64,000 nucleotides of DNA from Trichoplax sp. H2 (Eukaryota): positions 124,001 through 188,000 of the forward strand of contig NOWV01000010.1 in assembly GCA_003344405.1 (NCBI GenBank), read 5' to 3'. The notes under the pieces are model-generated. The model was not told the origin of the DNA. It saw only the letters and a program-made list of their open reading frames with translations, and searched no databases. This document shows positions 46,801 through 60,984 of the stretch, one piece after another. The translations under genes were made by a program, and so were the position numbers. The number at the start of each line of letters is the position of its first letter. Positions within the stretch are counted from its first letter, which is position 1.

Positions 46801-49800
46801 CTATAAATTTGTAATTTTGTTATTGCCACTCTCTTTCGAATATCTCGTATTCTTGTTTACGTTATCATCATTTGGCGTGTATGACTGGAGAGTATAAAAG
46901 AAGTAGGTTAATGTTGTAAGTTTTATATGCCGATTAATAGTTATAAGGTTCTTATTAAACTAGGATTTACCGTACTATATATACATTGTGGTACACGTAT
47001 TTTTAGTGTAACGTTGTAAAACTAGAACTCTCTCACTTAATACACCTTGCAACGCTAATAAGGCACCCATGCAAAGACTTAAAATAGCTCCCGGTGCTGC
47101 TATTTATTATCTAACTGCTCACCGCATAAGGTCCCTTAGATTCATGAAAATTTTCTGTTGTATTTCTAGTTACGTAAGTTGCTTTATCATCCGTTCTCGC
47201 AGTATCATTAGGTGATGTCATACGTTTAGTACTGGCAAACTTAACAGTACCACTCGTTCCCAAGATTTGTGATTGCCAAAACTGAGAGCAGATATTGTGC
47301 ATCTAAATAAAAGAGCAAGAAATGATGTTACAGCCTTAGTAACGATAATATTGTGAGATAATTTCGGTTGTAAACGATCAAACATAGATGTACTTCTCGT
47401 ACAATGCTGTATTATACTATCAGATCTCAAAAAATGACAATCAAAATTACCGGTCCAGTAACCACAGTATAAAAGACAAATAAAAAGATTCCCTGAAAGA
47501 ATTAATAAATAATAATAATATTAAGCACTACTAATCAAATCACGACTTGAGCAAAATAATTTAGCTTTTTACCAAAATCGAATTCAGAATTAGATATAGA
47601 ACAGCCATAATGGTGGAAATTTCTCTCATATATAATATAGCAAAGGTCCATGTCATGATGAGCAAAATAATGCTTATAACGGATCCCTGGGCTATCGTTC
47701 TACATTTTTTTGTCAACACGATTTCAGAGAATAGCAAACTTATAATAGATCCTTTTTTAGGCCTGAACAAACACCACAATTCAGTATAATTATATAATTA
47801 TCAACCTGGGGCTCCCCGCATAATTCTCTTGTTCCGTTCTCCTCCTCATTGATACTTCATGCATTACGCGTGAGCACATAATAACGCTTACCTAAAAATT
47901 TTTTAAAATGCCGAATATTAGGTATTGGATATTAGTTCTGTTACATGCAATAATTAGTAAACAGCAGATGCACTCATATTATTATGTAGCAACATACACA
48001 AAATACTTACTACAACAAGCAATAAAACTTCCCCAACAAACAACCAAAATGCTCCGCTACCAATCCTCAGCCAACAACTAAAAGTTATTTTTTAATTAAA
48101 ACATTTATATGCAGTATTTATAAACATTAACACATTCGTAGAGTTGCAAGTAAGCATAAAAAATTTTACTATCCATAGTTAGTGAATCCTCTTTGAAGTT
48201 ACTTTCACATCTCAAGATAATAGTGATAATGTTACTATCATATCAGACTAAACAAACAGAAACGTAGCAAACACGACATGTATATTCATGTCACACTACA
48301 AGTAAGAGATTAATTCTTAATTTAATAACATACAACTTATCCGTGCCAAAATTGTCTGAAGCGGCAAATCCAGCGATGACAACGGTAATTGCCGGAATAG
48401 CTATAAATTAGAACACCCCAAATGAGAATTCTTTTAGATATGAATGCTGCACACTTTAATATTTTGGTAGTATTAAACGCTTATAATTGATACATGCACT
48501 ACAGATAATCTAAATTTAGTTTCAGTATTTGTCATCTTACCGTAGGCGAATATGTAGCAAAATCTTTTCTTTAATTTTTCCATTATATGAAAAGTTCGAC
48601 GATAAATTTCGAAGCTGCTGATAAAGATCCAGAAAAACGTGCACAAAGAAAAGTAATTTATAGAAACCGCCATTGCCAGACAAACGTCCTAATTAAAACA
48701 GAATAAAACCCAAGTTTCCAGTCAAGAAGTCAAACCTCATAAAATTAAAGCTTACAGACTTAAAGATATGCAAAAATAAGATTTAAAAACGGGTTGTAAC
48801 GTATTGTTAAGAAACTGTATATCGTTGTAGGATGATATTAAATTTATCCTTCATATATTAAAACTGGATTAGTAAAAATACTCTTCTGAAAATTACAAAA
48901 CTAAAATGTTATGATCATACCTTATTTTTGGTTTGATATATTGAAAATAGACAAAGTAACTCAAACACAAACAAGGTAAACAGGATGTTTAAACGAATAT
49001 GGTTCATGAACGTATTTTGCGATCTGTAAAAACAAAATTTTTAGTTACATTTGAAAATCCAGCAAGTATTTCACGACAAAAGTAATAAAAAATAAAAAAT
49101 ATAAAGCTTAACAAATGATTTAAAAATTCTTTATCAGAAAGTACAATCATACCGAAACGAAAATAGAATTAACAATGCCGTTACAATCGCACCAGTGGCT
49201 ATACTGCAACCGATAATAGTTATTTCCTTAAGACTTTGAGGAATCTAAGAAAGTGTAAATACGAATATATTCAATCATTTTATGAATGCTAAAGAAAAAT
49301 CATAACAGAATCCACGGTCACTCACTAAATTCTTTCGCATAGTCTCTATGACGGTAAAACTAGTAAGGTGATTGCATCGACAAGTGATATGGGTACTGTT
49401 AAATAATACCACTGAACAACCCCGATTATTCCATAATCCTTGAGCTTGCCTAATCAATGACAAAACATTTTTATTCTTACAATGAATTAAAATCTAATGT
49501 TGCATAGTTATAGGCTTACGAAGTTGAGAAATCCCAATAAACGCATTTTTTCTCCGCATCATCTCTGGTAGCCTAATCAAACAGTCAACAATCCTGTTAA
49601 TTCACGCTGTTAACTTGTTATGCAGGATTGGAAACGATATCTTATCAAAATCGAAAAAATTTTATAAGTAAATAATCCGAACTTCTGTATATTTGATAAT
49701 GTAGATAATGGGATTTTCATTTAAGAACTTTAAAGATAAGGAAGGCTTCGTCGAAATAGAAACGATGGCACCCAAAATTTTTTGATCAACGGCAACACTT

Positions 49801-52800
49801 GTGTTATTTCTAATTTTATTATCACTGTTAAGAGAATTTATTATAACATTAATCGGTACTTCCAACCTACTTATTCGTCTTGATAATGCTGTTTCGGATA
49901 TATTTTTACTTACATTCCAGGTATATATTCTGACAATAAATTAGATATCTGTTTGTAGGCTGCATATGCAAGTTGTGATTCTATTAAAATACCAAGTAAG
50001 AAATTCCAGTTATTTCCGAGATGGCAGAATTTACACAAACTCACTTAGAAAGGGTTTAGGATAGTAAAAATTTACAAGATTTTCACTAAAATTACCTCTA
50101 CACGTAAGAATAATCAAGAGTGACACACAGAAAATTAATCTTTAATGCTAGCAATAACTACCTCCTGAAGTTGCCAACGCTAAAGGAAGATTAACCTTTA
50201 ATGTGCTAGCAAAGCTAGCAGGATTAGTAGTAACTGGAAATGTTACAGACATTGGAAGATTCACTCTCAACTTTGAACTTACAACAACTTGAAAATAAGA
50301 ACAACAGCCATTAATACAGTTTTTAAGCATATATTACACTCATAGCAGAATTTTCTATTAAATACGGATACTTTTCTAGAGTTTATTACTCACCAATGTT
50401 CTTAGTAATTATGGTAATATTGGCTTCAGCAACATTACGCGTATTGTTAGTCCAGAGAAATGCAATGTCATCAATTACACGCATTAAATTTGTGGCCAGA
50501 GCCATTCTTTGTGCCTAGTGAAAGATTAGTAATTTACAGGACATTAACAATATGCTCTAAGTTACAATCGATCAATACTTTGAATACATTATATTTTTAT
50601 CAAAAGTCACTACATCCATTATCAAGTGATTACCTTTTTAAGTCCCACCCATCCGTTATAGTGTAGAGGATCGATAAGGCTACTAGAGCTTTCAATTAGG
50701 TCCTACCCAATGAACGAAATTTGCAAACACGTACGATAACATAGATTAGCGATTAGACTTTTGCTCAATGTTAATACTTCTTTTATAAACGCAATATTCT
50801 GAATTTGAATTGTATAACAACTGTTGATTGCAACGCTAATAATTACTGATCTTAAGCTGTTCTACAATTAGAAATTTCACCTTCAAAAAATTGTTAATAC
50901 TAGACTTTTCAGTTTTCCTGATTTCGTCCCTTTTTTTCGCTAATAATCGATTATATATTTCAATAGCTGTGACGATATCCCCTCCATAGACGGGTTGATT
51001 AAAACCTGTACTGAGTCTAAGTGAAGCCGCTAAAAGTGTGCTATTGGAATCTGGCCTATTAGCCTAAAATTAAAATTAAATTTTATCAAAAATGCCTAGC
51101 AGTTATGACAATTTAACAAAGCTTATTTCTACATTCTGTTTACGCCTTAGTAAGGAAATACGGTAAATTATGTCTCAGAAATCAACATTGCACTAACTTG
51201 ATTTTTAAGGCTAGTGAATCGTGCAGATTTGCATTGGCTAAGATCAGGCCAGCTTTTTGACCAATAATCAGCTGATAGGCAATACCAGGTAGCCGTACCT
51301 TAGATAATTAATGTAGGAATATAACGTAAAAGAAGATAAATAAAGCTATTCATATTCTCTATTTATTTTTTCAAGATATTTAATTGGCTATTAAAGGCTG
51401 AAGGCTATCTTTAACTTAAAAAAAGATGCAATATTATATAGAAATATCATTCTTATCTTTTATGAATGGTAATCTTACCTGTACTACCTGCAGGGCAGGG
51501 CTTAGAATTGATCTTTCCAATCAATGTTCTATCCCAACGGATGCCTAATACTAATGTAGAAGGGCACCACTGAGACGATATCGTACCTTCGGTTGGCGCG
51601 GAACTTTTAGTAGTTACTTGGGTCGTTATAGCGTTAGTGCTAGCAGTAGTAATAGTGGTTGCTGTTGTAACAGGTCTCACTGTAATACCTAAGTGTATAA
51701 GCAGCGTGCTTAGTCTGAAGAAATCTCTAAAACTTCTTAGGATAAAAATTCTAGTTTAGCACTTTACTCTCGTAATAATATCTCTGCAAGAACTGATTCA
51801 ATAATATAATAAATACTATCTCACTTACTCGATACATTAAGGGTCATGTGATAGCGTTGAGCATTCGATATGTTATTACTTGCAGTACATGTATACGTCG
51901 AGCTATCAATTAAGGATGTTTTAGGAATATAAAGATACGAAACTCGAACATAAAGTTTATGATAAGTTTGCCAGGAATAAATTGATGATGAATTTGTAAT
52001 ATCTCGGTTTTGCTTGCTCCAGGTAATATTAGGTATTGGTGAACCTGAGGCGAAACACCGAAGAAGGGCGGCTTCACCTTCTTTGATATTTAATTTGCTC
52101 GTGCTTTCACTAACTAGGATCTTTGGCGGCACTGAAGCAAATAAAAACATAATGCCAGTATTACTTATAATGAAGACTTTATTACATCAATGACAGCGTA
52201 AAATTACTTAATCAAGCCTTCCTAGTATAAATGGCGATTTATAGTAGGATATTAATAATAAATTGCTAACTAGCTACAGATATAACAGTGTTTAGATCTC
52301 ACCTTTTGGACAAGCTCCATTAACAATGTCACACGTAGCACCGTTTGGACAATCACAAGTTAATTTACAGTGATCTCCATAGGTACCTGCTGTGCATGCT
52401 AGAATAATTTAGATAATATTATGAAATAAGTTCTGCGAAGAGCAAAATGATTGTAGCTATGTGATTACTTATTAAATAAAAAAACTAGCGGAATTGTATA
52501 GGCACTATTATACTGTCGTGGGATGTAGAATTTAAAACAGACTGAATAAAGAATTAAGACATACGATCAGTACAGTCATTTCCCTTCCAGCCGGTTACAC
52601 AAGTACAACCACCAGGGCTTCTTGTGCACACTACTTGACTGGTACATGATCCCTTTGGACATCTTTGATCACAATTATGTCCAAAATAACCTGCAGAGCA
52701 AGCTAAGATAAGAATGAGTGATTAGTTTCCGCTAATACGTACAATGGTAATGCACTACTCAAAAGAAAATAAAACGCTCAGGGCGCTAATTGTATGCATC

Positions 52801-55800
52801 CTATGTTTGGAAAAAATTCACAACAGCATTACAATATACAGCGAGAACTCTAGAACTATAAAAATGCATCAAAATTTGTAAATTTTAGTCAACTACAAGT
52901 TTAAAACCTACTTATTTCGCAATTATCTCCAGCAAAGCCAGGACTGCAAATACATTTACCATTAGCTGCATCACAAATGCCACCATTAAAACACGTGCAT
53001 GTGCCATTACAACGACCACGACTAGTTGAATACGTCCCTGCTGAACAAGGTTGAATTACCAAATTTACCCAGGCATTTCGCTCGGCATTGCTTGATTCAC
53101 ATTTATACATTCCACTGTTAAAGGCATCGGCTGAACTGAAGACTATATCTTTCCCGTTATTTTGAATATTAATAGAACTGGAAGTCTGAACTTCTTTACC
53201 ACGTCGAAACCACTTAAATGACCCACTTAAGGCAGTAACGATTTTTAGTGTCGTTCTCTCCTGAACTGCTCTAGCAACATACGGCCGGACAGGTTGAATA
53301 TCTGTAGAAAGAATAAAAGACATACCGTAACGGTAGCAAACCTTATTGCATTACAGAGTATTCCTGCTACACTGTAGCAGGAAATAAAAGATATCAAACA
53401 TTATGTGCCATAAAGATATCCCTTTCAACAAAGCAAAAAAATAATAATTTGCAAAGTTCAATACCTCGATCCTTATTATAGATTGCGTTAGCATATGAGG
53501 TAGTAGCATTAGTTGAAGCAGTGCATCGATATGGCCCAGCTTTAGCACTATCAGATTTCAACCTAATCACTCTTTTAACAATACCATTTTCTTGTATTTG
53601 TGGCTGCACACTATACAAGCTGATACCAGCATAATCAGCATCCCATCGCCATTCTAGCGAGACTTTTTCTGGACCCTCAAAGAAACAAGTAAATTCTACT
53701 ATGTCATTGAAGATGCCACTCGTATTATAGAATATGCCGAAATTGGTTGCATCTGGAATTGATAGCACAAAAGGAATCAATTTTAATCAAAAAAATCTTC
53801 GCAATAATATCATCTACTATAATTAATGAAGATACTGAGTAAAATTCTAAAATCTACCGTAAAGAAGTCTGTTAAGAATATCATAAAGATTCCAATTATA
53901 GTGCTGTCATATGTCTTTTTTTATAAGTAATGTGTAAATCGGAAATGTATCATCTACCATTATCAGTTGTAAAGCGTAAATTTGCTGTAAGTATTTCATA
54001 TTAAGAATTTAAATGGCGCTACTAGCTTTCAGTCATGGCGAAATTTCAAGACTTGTAGTAAAGATGATAAAATAAAGCATAGAAGTACAATCACTATTAA
54101 CTAAAGTAGATTCATAACTCATGAAAACAAAGTAAATAATACTTTGTATTATACATATTAGTTAATTTCACTCAAAGAGGATAAGCCCGGACAAGTATAT
54201 CGCCTCAAATATTCCACAATATGCAATAATAATAAAAATTCATGCAGTCAATAATTATAATGAAATGCTTTAGTTGATGATAGATAGAAATAAAAAATGT
54301 AAATGGAACCACTTGGCCTCTAAAATCTTAATAAGAACGTTGATCAAATACAATTACAAGATCCTACAATCACACGCCGTGCTTGTACTGTATATTGCAT
54401 ATACAGTAGTGGTTCAAGGGCTACTTTTACTGAAAAAACGATACTTTTTGAATGTAGAAGAAACCATTTAACTCTTTAAACTGATTTCCGTCAAAGCAAG
54501 AAAATATGTAGAACGATTACATGTCATCACCAATTTAAAAAATTTGTACATATTGTCTAACATTGCATTTTTGTGTAAGTATACGTATGCAGGTATTTGA
54601 TTTATTATGTTATTAACCAATATTATCATTCCAGTTTACGGTGTAAAAGCAGAGGTAGCGATTCTATATTATTTCAGTTCATTATAAGTACTAAAGACTT
54701 AAATTAAAAGATTGGCTACCGTTGGTGCTATTTTATGCTTGTTAAGCCTACTCCGAACCAAAGTTTGTTATTTTGAAATGGATAACTTAAGATATTCATT
54801 TATTCGAATCACCTAAATTCGCTCAATATAATCAGTTCCTACTCTTCAAACTATTATCGCCTATATAATTAATTAATCAGCAGTCAAATCCACTAACAAG
54901 AACAATTCATGTTTGCTTTACAAATCAACTATCCAATAGTTCAATTAGCAAATCGTTGCGTATACGCGTTTTGTTAAAACACATTTCTAATTCTGATTAA
55001 AAGCTGTTTTAATGTTACTCCAAACTGTGGGCTTTGATAAATCGATAATGAACTAACCGAAATGAGAAGTGAAGACTATGTCAATGGGGAAAACTGGTGT
55101 TATCTGCGATCGTACGCGATTTAATGACTGAATAGGCACAGCAATAGGAGGGTCATCTTAAATTAGTATTCTATTCAAAAAGCCTTGTTTAGCTATTTAA
55201 CGCTATAATGAAAAACATTCACCATAATATATTTTCTATATTAGCAGTAATTTTACAGTATAACAAGATATATTGTAAAGATATGACATTTTCGGTTAGT
55301 ATGTGTATGAGCTATTACAAAAGTATCCCTCAATCTCCTAGCATCACTAATACTCTCAGACTTTTTATTACAACACCATCGATACCATGTCGAGGCGAAG
55401 ACTGTTCCTTCAACATTACTTGTTAACTAGGTTGATCTCCTCGAGAACTTTAAAGATCATATTTCATCGCACTAATTTTTCTTTTATTCAGGGACAAATT
55501 AAACAAAAATTGTAATTAATTCTAGTCATATTAATCAGCGTTAGTTGAGCTTATTAAAATGAGAAGTAGAGTACGAAATAGATCGATAAAAAAAGTCATA
55601 ATTCTAAAATACGAACTAGTAGTAATTGCACGATTACTTCATGCGTTTAAAGTAAATAATATATTATTCATTCGATATGGCGTTTCTTACAATCCAGTAT
55701 AAAATTATCGACGAAATACCAATACTAACTACAAGTGATGCATCATATAAAATAGCGCCAAAGCTTTCAATAATAAAACTCTAAGAAATATAAGATTGAA

Positions 55801-56435
55801 AATTAAAATAAGAGGACGCTGTAGCGTAACTAATTCATCTCATCAATCATCGTGATACAGAAAAATCTGTACGGATACCTATAACATTAGGGTAATTCAA
55901 TGTAATTGAATTAGCTAGATAGATAAAAAGGGATAGTAGCAGCTAAAGATTAGGTGCGAGATTGACTAAAGAAAGGAACTTGACTGACTGACCAACAAAT
56001 AATTGGGTAAATAAGATGATATTTACTTAATATTAAAACATACATTGGGCCGGCATATTTTATCAATCATAAACCTAGTAATAAAGTTTAGGGAAATATT
56101 ATCACTTAGTGATAGCTGAAAGAAACAAATTGTGAGATTTAGGTCTATAGTAAAGCTTGATTATAACCAATAAATGAAAGCGATTACATGCTGTCATCTG
56201 ATATTTGCGATACTAGTAAAAATCGAATAACGACAATGTTGGCCACACTCTAAGGCTATTTACATAAGATATCCCTTAAGCCTCGGCCAATAACTGTATT
56301 ACGATGCGAAAAACGATAATACATACTCACTATAACCACGTTATCAAAAATTCAATTTAAAATTGACTTACCAATTTGGATAGCTAAACAAAGTAATAAG
56401 GCAATAGAATGAATGAAATATGTCAACTTTCCCAT
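46801..56435 (-). CDS. Adhesion GPCR: signal peptide, Ig-Ig-EGFx3-Ig, Thr-rich stalk, HRM, GAIN/GPS, 7TM, C-terminal PDZ motif
   Basis: Putative signal exon MGKLTYFIHSIALLLCLAIQI at 56435 (linkage inferred); Ig exons ~53755-53465, ~53300-53060 and ~52130-51830; EGF exons; HRM WCP...W..T...PCPAGSTGTATWYC...GPDLSQC; GAIN PVYGGDI; GPS CVYWDF...WNNRGC...CRCNHL/TSF; 7TM exons ~49245-47450; ends KITNL*. Confidence 0.88.
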
Positions 56436-59400
56436 TCTTAGAAGCGTTCTAATATACGAGTTGGTCGCTATCGTTGATTACTTCCACTTGGCACTACGCT
56501 ATCAAATAAGTTTTGGTCGCGTAGTCATCGGCTTGACGAGACTATCACTAATTAAAAAATTAACTATAAAATAATTGTTTGTATAGTAATTTAATGTTTA
56601 AACAGAACCAAATTTGCCCTATACCATACAAGATAAGCGAAATCATAAAATGATTAAAATATCTAAACGTTGAGTCACGATAAAATTGAGTCTCGATGTC
56701 TAAAAATAATTATTCTCTTTCGTTCTCAAAGCAGTTTAAAAAAAGCTATGGTGGTACTCTTATAGTATTAGTGCTCATTTAACGACCACATATGGTTTTA
56801 GTTGAGTAAAATACAATATATTTGCAGCATCAAATAACAACGTTCGTAGACTATGCGAAACGTTATTGTTAATCATTTGATCAACTATTTATTATATTGC
56901 TTAATAGGAACGCAATAAATCTATAGTAAGCTAACAGTAAGGGTTCGGGTTCTTTTTGTTATTTCTTTTGTTTATCCAGCCTATACGGCGTATTAGAAGT
57001 TTTGAAGATGGAGAAAAAAGTTCGCAATGATGGGTTGACAAGGCGATAGTAAAGAATAGTCATTTGTTTACTGCAGACTAAAATTAAATTGTTATGCAAA
57101 TAATGAAGATTCAATTATTGTCTACTAGCCTAACCAGCTGATCCATAAATGCTCCTCTGTCTTGTGGGCGGTACATCAAATACACCTATTATACTATATC
57201 AGACATTGCTATTAGCTTTAGTTTTTAGCATTTCATGATAAAATCTGCTATAGAAGATAATACTATTATTAATTACTCTTTTTATTCAAAAGACTACAGT
57301 ATTTGGCTTTCCTGTACGGCACACCGTACATCCAATGTCATAGTTATTCTTTATACCAATAATGATTGATACTAACCTGGTAGAAAGAATCTTGATAACG
57401 GTCGACAATAGATCGCTTTTGATTATATTGTTTGAAATTATACACCACGACCGGTACCTTATCATACCTCCCATTAATTTTACTTTACAGTTAACTGTCT
57501 TCCTTTACACCGCTGCTAAGCGCCGCAGCTAGTTTCTCAATGTATGGATATAGCTCCAATATGCTACATCATTGATTTTCTTAAATGAATTCTAGCCTAA
57601 TGTCGTTCAACTACTTATTATTTAAACAGTCTAAATAGTCCATACTGCCATGAGTTAAAATAGTCCGGATACATGGAAATCATCCTTAATAAACAAAAAG
57701 TATTATAGCTATGAAGTAAATTCTCCTAAAGTCTCTTACTAGAGTATCTAGTGATCGAAAAAATTATATTTCTATTGCCGTTATATATTTTTTATAAGAC
57801 TGAATCCGTTGCTACGAATAGCCAGAGCATATACGTGCACATGCTACATACCTTACGTGTGGTGTGTTATTAAAGAGCTACTATAGTTAGAAGACGTACT
57901 ATATTCTAATATCAGTAATTACTGTATCCATTACTCGAAATGAATTAGATATCAAGCATCGCAGGGTTGTATATATGATATAGGCATGACATAAGAATAA
58001 GCATATCCTATCCTATTAAATTATTAAAACGCTTAACAGCTTTACGTTTTATGGTTATAAGAATAATCGATCTTACTACTGCGCTTCTGGTTTTATTATT
58101 TAAAAATGTCAGAAAATATTAGAAAATTACTTATCAAGTATTTACATTAAGTATCATGTTTTACTTAACTACTGTTTATGAGAATAAATTTACCCAAGTA
58201 CTGTACCATTTATTAGCGTAGTCTTAGACACTCTAGCTGTAATATTTAGAACCAAGTATAGTAGTTTATAGATTAAAATCGTAATATATGAGGTATATAA
58301 CGCTACGGTATTGTTTCTTGGACAATCAAAACAGCAAACATATACTTTTGATATCTCTAGCTGTGATACTGTATTAAGTATAACTGAATGTCAGTGCATA
58401 ATATTCTTATTCTTATACGCGTATATACAGTAATTCGTATGCCGTTCCACGCGATATCGCATGCTTTCTTTATATAGTTGAGCGGTAGATTCATAATTGC
58501 GTAGATATTAATATCGCTACTATATCTTATACGAGTATACTACAGAATATAGTACTATGAATCATGTATAATATGTTAGTGGAACACATTACCTAGCATG
58601 AGAATACGGTAACATAGAGATCATTCCTATTATAGCTATCACATGTTTAGATATAGGCTATACGTGTATGTCTCTTTCTGATATGATATGAATTACTTTG
58701 TTATGTTGTATAAAATGCTGCTGTTGCTCGTGCTACTATTCTATGCTTATCTCCTACTGCAACTTTGAAAAGTCTATAAGCTGCATAATCGATTATGAAC
58801 TCAGTTTTATTCCAATCTTACTATATGCCGTCTGTCTTACATGTGCAGTTATCTCTTTGTTACCTATTTTCTAATAAATTGATTCTCTTCTCAATTTTCT
58901 ATCTCTCATTTGATTAACTGAACCTGACATCGAAATACATTATATGCAGTACATGAGCATGAATATACTATCTAAGATGCTATCAGAGTGATAAGAATAC
59001 ACTTGATTTTCAAGTTATAATAATTAGAAACTATAAGGAACTATCGTATTCTCTACTCCTGTTACGGTAATTAATTATCGCAGAAAACATCACAAGCATG
59101 CAAGTAGTTACGTTTGATGCATTATTACTGACACTCGATAAATGGCTATTGCACAAGCTCTGTACCACTGTTTTTACGTGTACTGCATGTACCATATAAT
59201 GTATGGGTATACAGTAAATCCTGCAGCTGATATTATCAGTATTGAGTCGTGCTACAGGCAAATATCGTGGAGGATAAGCCTGACAGTACTATTCCAGGAT
59301 ACTGTAGTAAGTTCCTCGTGACAAATCTCGATTTGAGATATCATGATAAATAAATCGTTTATATTAATTTGCCTTCTGAGCGATGGTCGATAAAAATTGT

Positions 59401-60984
59401 TTACATACCTTTACAATTAATGCAGCTCTAATCAGAGTCCATCCTCTGAAACTATACATAACTACGGATCATAAGAAAGAATACGTACTGCATATTGTCA
59501 TGCTTTTAATATTTCTAGTGCTTCGTGATAAAACCTATTTATGAAATTATGTACACTATAGATGGTACTGTACGTATATTGTTAAATGTACTGTGGTAGT
59601 TTGCTAAAGAGCAGGGTATTTAAAAATGTGCTCAGCCTGAGGAACGATAATGTCTTATTACTGTACATTGTGAATTGTTACTATTTGTTAGTTTTTTCAA
59701 ATCGTATAATTTGTGCATTTACTGCTATAGGTGGTTTAATATACGACGACGACGTGTATAGTATATAGGTTATTAGCTTTTCTAACCAAAAAGATAGATT
59801 TAAAATAAGACATTTAATTAAGCGGAGGGAAAAATGTTAATAGCAAACATATTTCTTGTAGCAGGAATGATGAACGATACGCAAACAGTAAGGAGTTTGC
59901 CGAAAACTTATCTGAGTTACCATCACCGTATGACTCATACAGTATCGATCGATATCATTTGATTGCAACGAGTATTTCGATAAATTGAATTTTAAGCGTA
60001 TACTATAGATTTAAAAATTTTAAGATTCTTCATACTTAACTTCAAGGTATTAGCACAAATGACAATTGGTTGTCTTATTCAGATTCAAACCAAAAAGTTT
60101 ATGCGGCTGCAAGGATTAATCTTATTGCTAGCGTCTCTACTTGCAAGGCTATTAAAATGATATTTTACAACGCTTAATCATCGCTAAGTACTGCATAAAT
60201 ACTGTCACTCTATAGTACAACCATCAAAGAATATTCTGTCACAATTATTTCTTTGCAACTTTAATTTCAATCTAGGCTTCACTCTTAGAATTATAAAAGT
60301 GCCATAGCTTCGCAGACTCTAGCATCGTGAACACAGAATCGCGTATGAAGTAGGTAATAAACCATCAATAGCTGATATTCATTGAGTATCAGTCTCCAAA
60401 AGATGCATCTTCTTTTTGTAGTAAAATTCATACACAAAAACTGCCACTATATCTAAAGTCAGATATACCCTAAATATAATTATTTAAGTTATAGTAAAAT
60501 ATAGCTCATATATCAGCATGTTCTGTAGGTCCATAACCATCAGTTCGTTATCAGTAACTGCAAAATTTCGGATATTCTAAATAGATTAATGCCTTTTCAG
60601 TAAATGTAATTCGATATTTCCAAAAGCGAATGTATCAGCCTTATACGGACTTAAATATTGGCAAGCACATAGAATATACTTGATTTCGTGCAGCGTGATG
60701 GGCTGAACTAAATCTAATATTGTACGAATTACTTCAAGTGTTCGCAGACACTCATACAAAAGATATTCCTGTAACTTTAAAATTTTCATATGGTATATGC
60801 CCTAAGCGGCACGTAAACCGACATTAATGACACTAGTTTTTCCTTTATATAACTGTAGAATAATATGAATCTATGCTATTAATTTAATTAACAATATCAA
60901 ATTTGCACTATATAACAAGTATTTTAACTGGATTTGTTACACTAGAACTCAACAGCAGTAATATAAAAAGTACGTGCGAAAATT

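Noticed and set aside
58715-58768. Short hydrophobic ORF MLLLLVLLFYAYLLLQL
   Set aside because: Stops after 17 codons, and I could not find convincing downstream exons.
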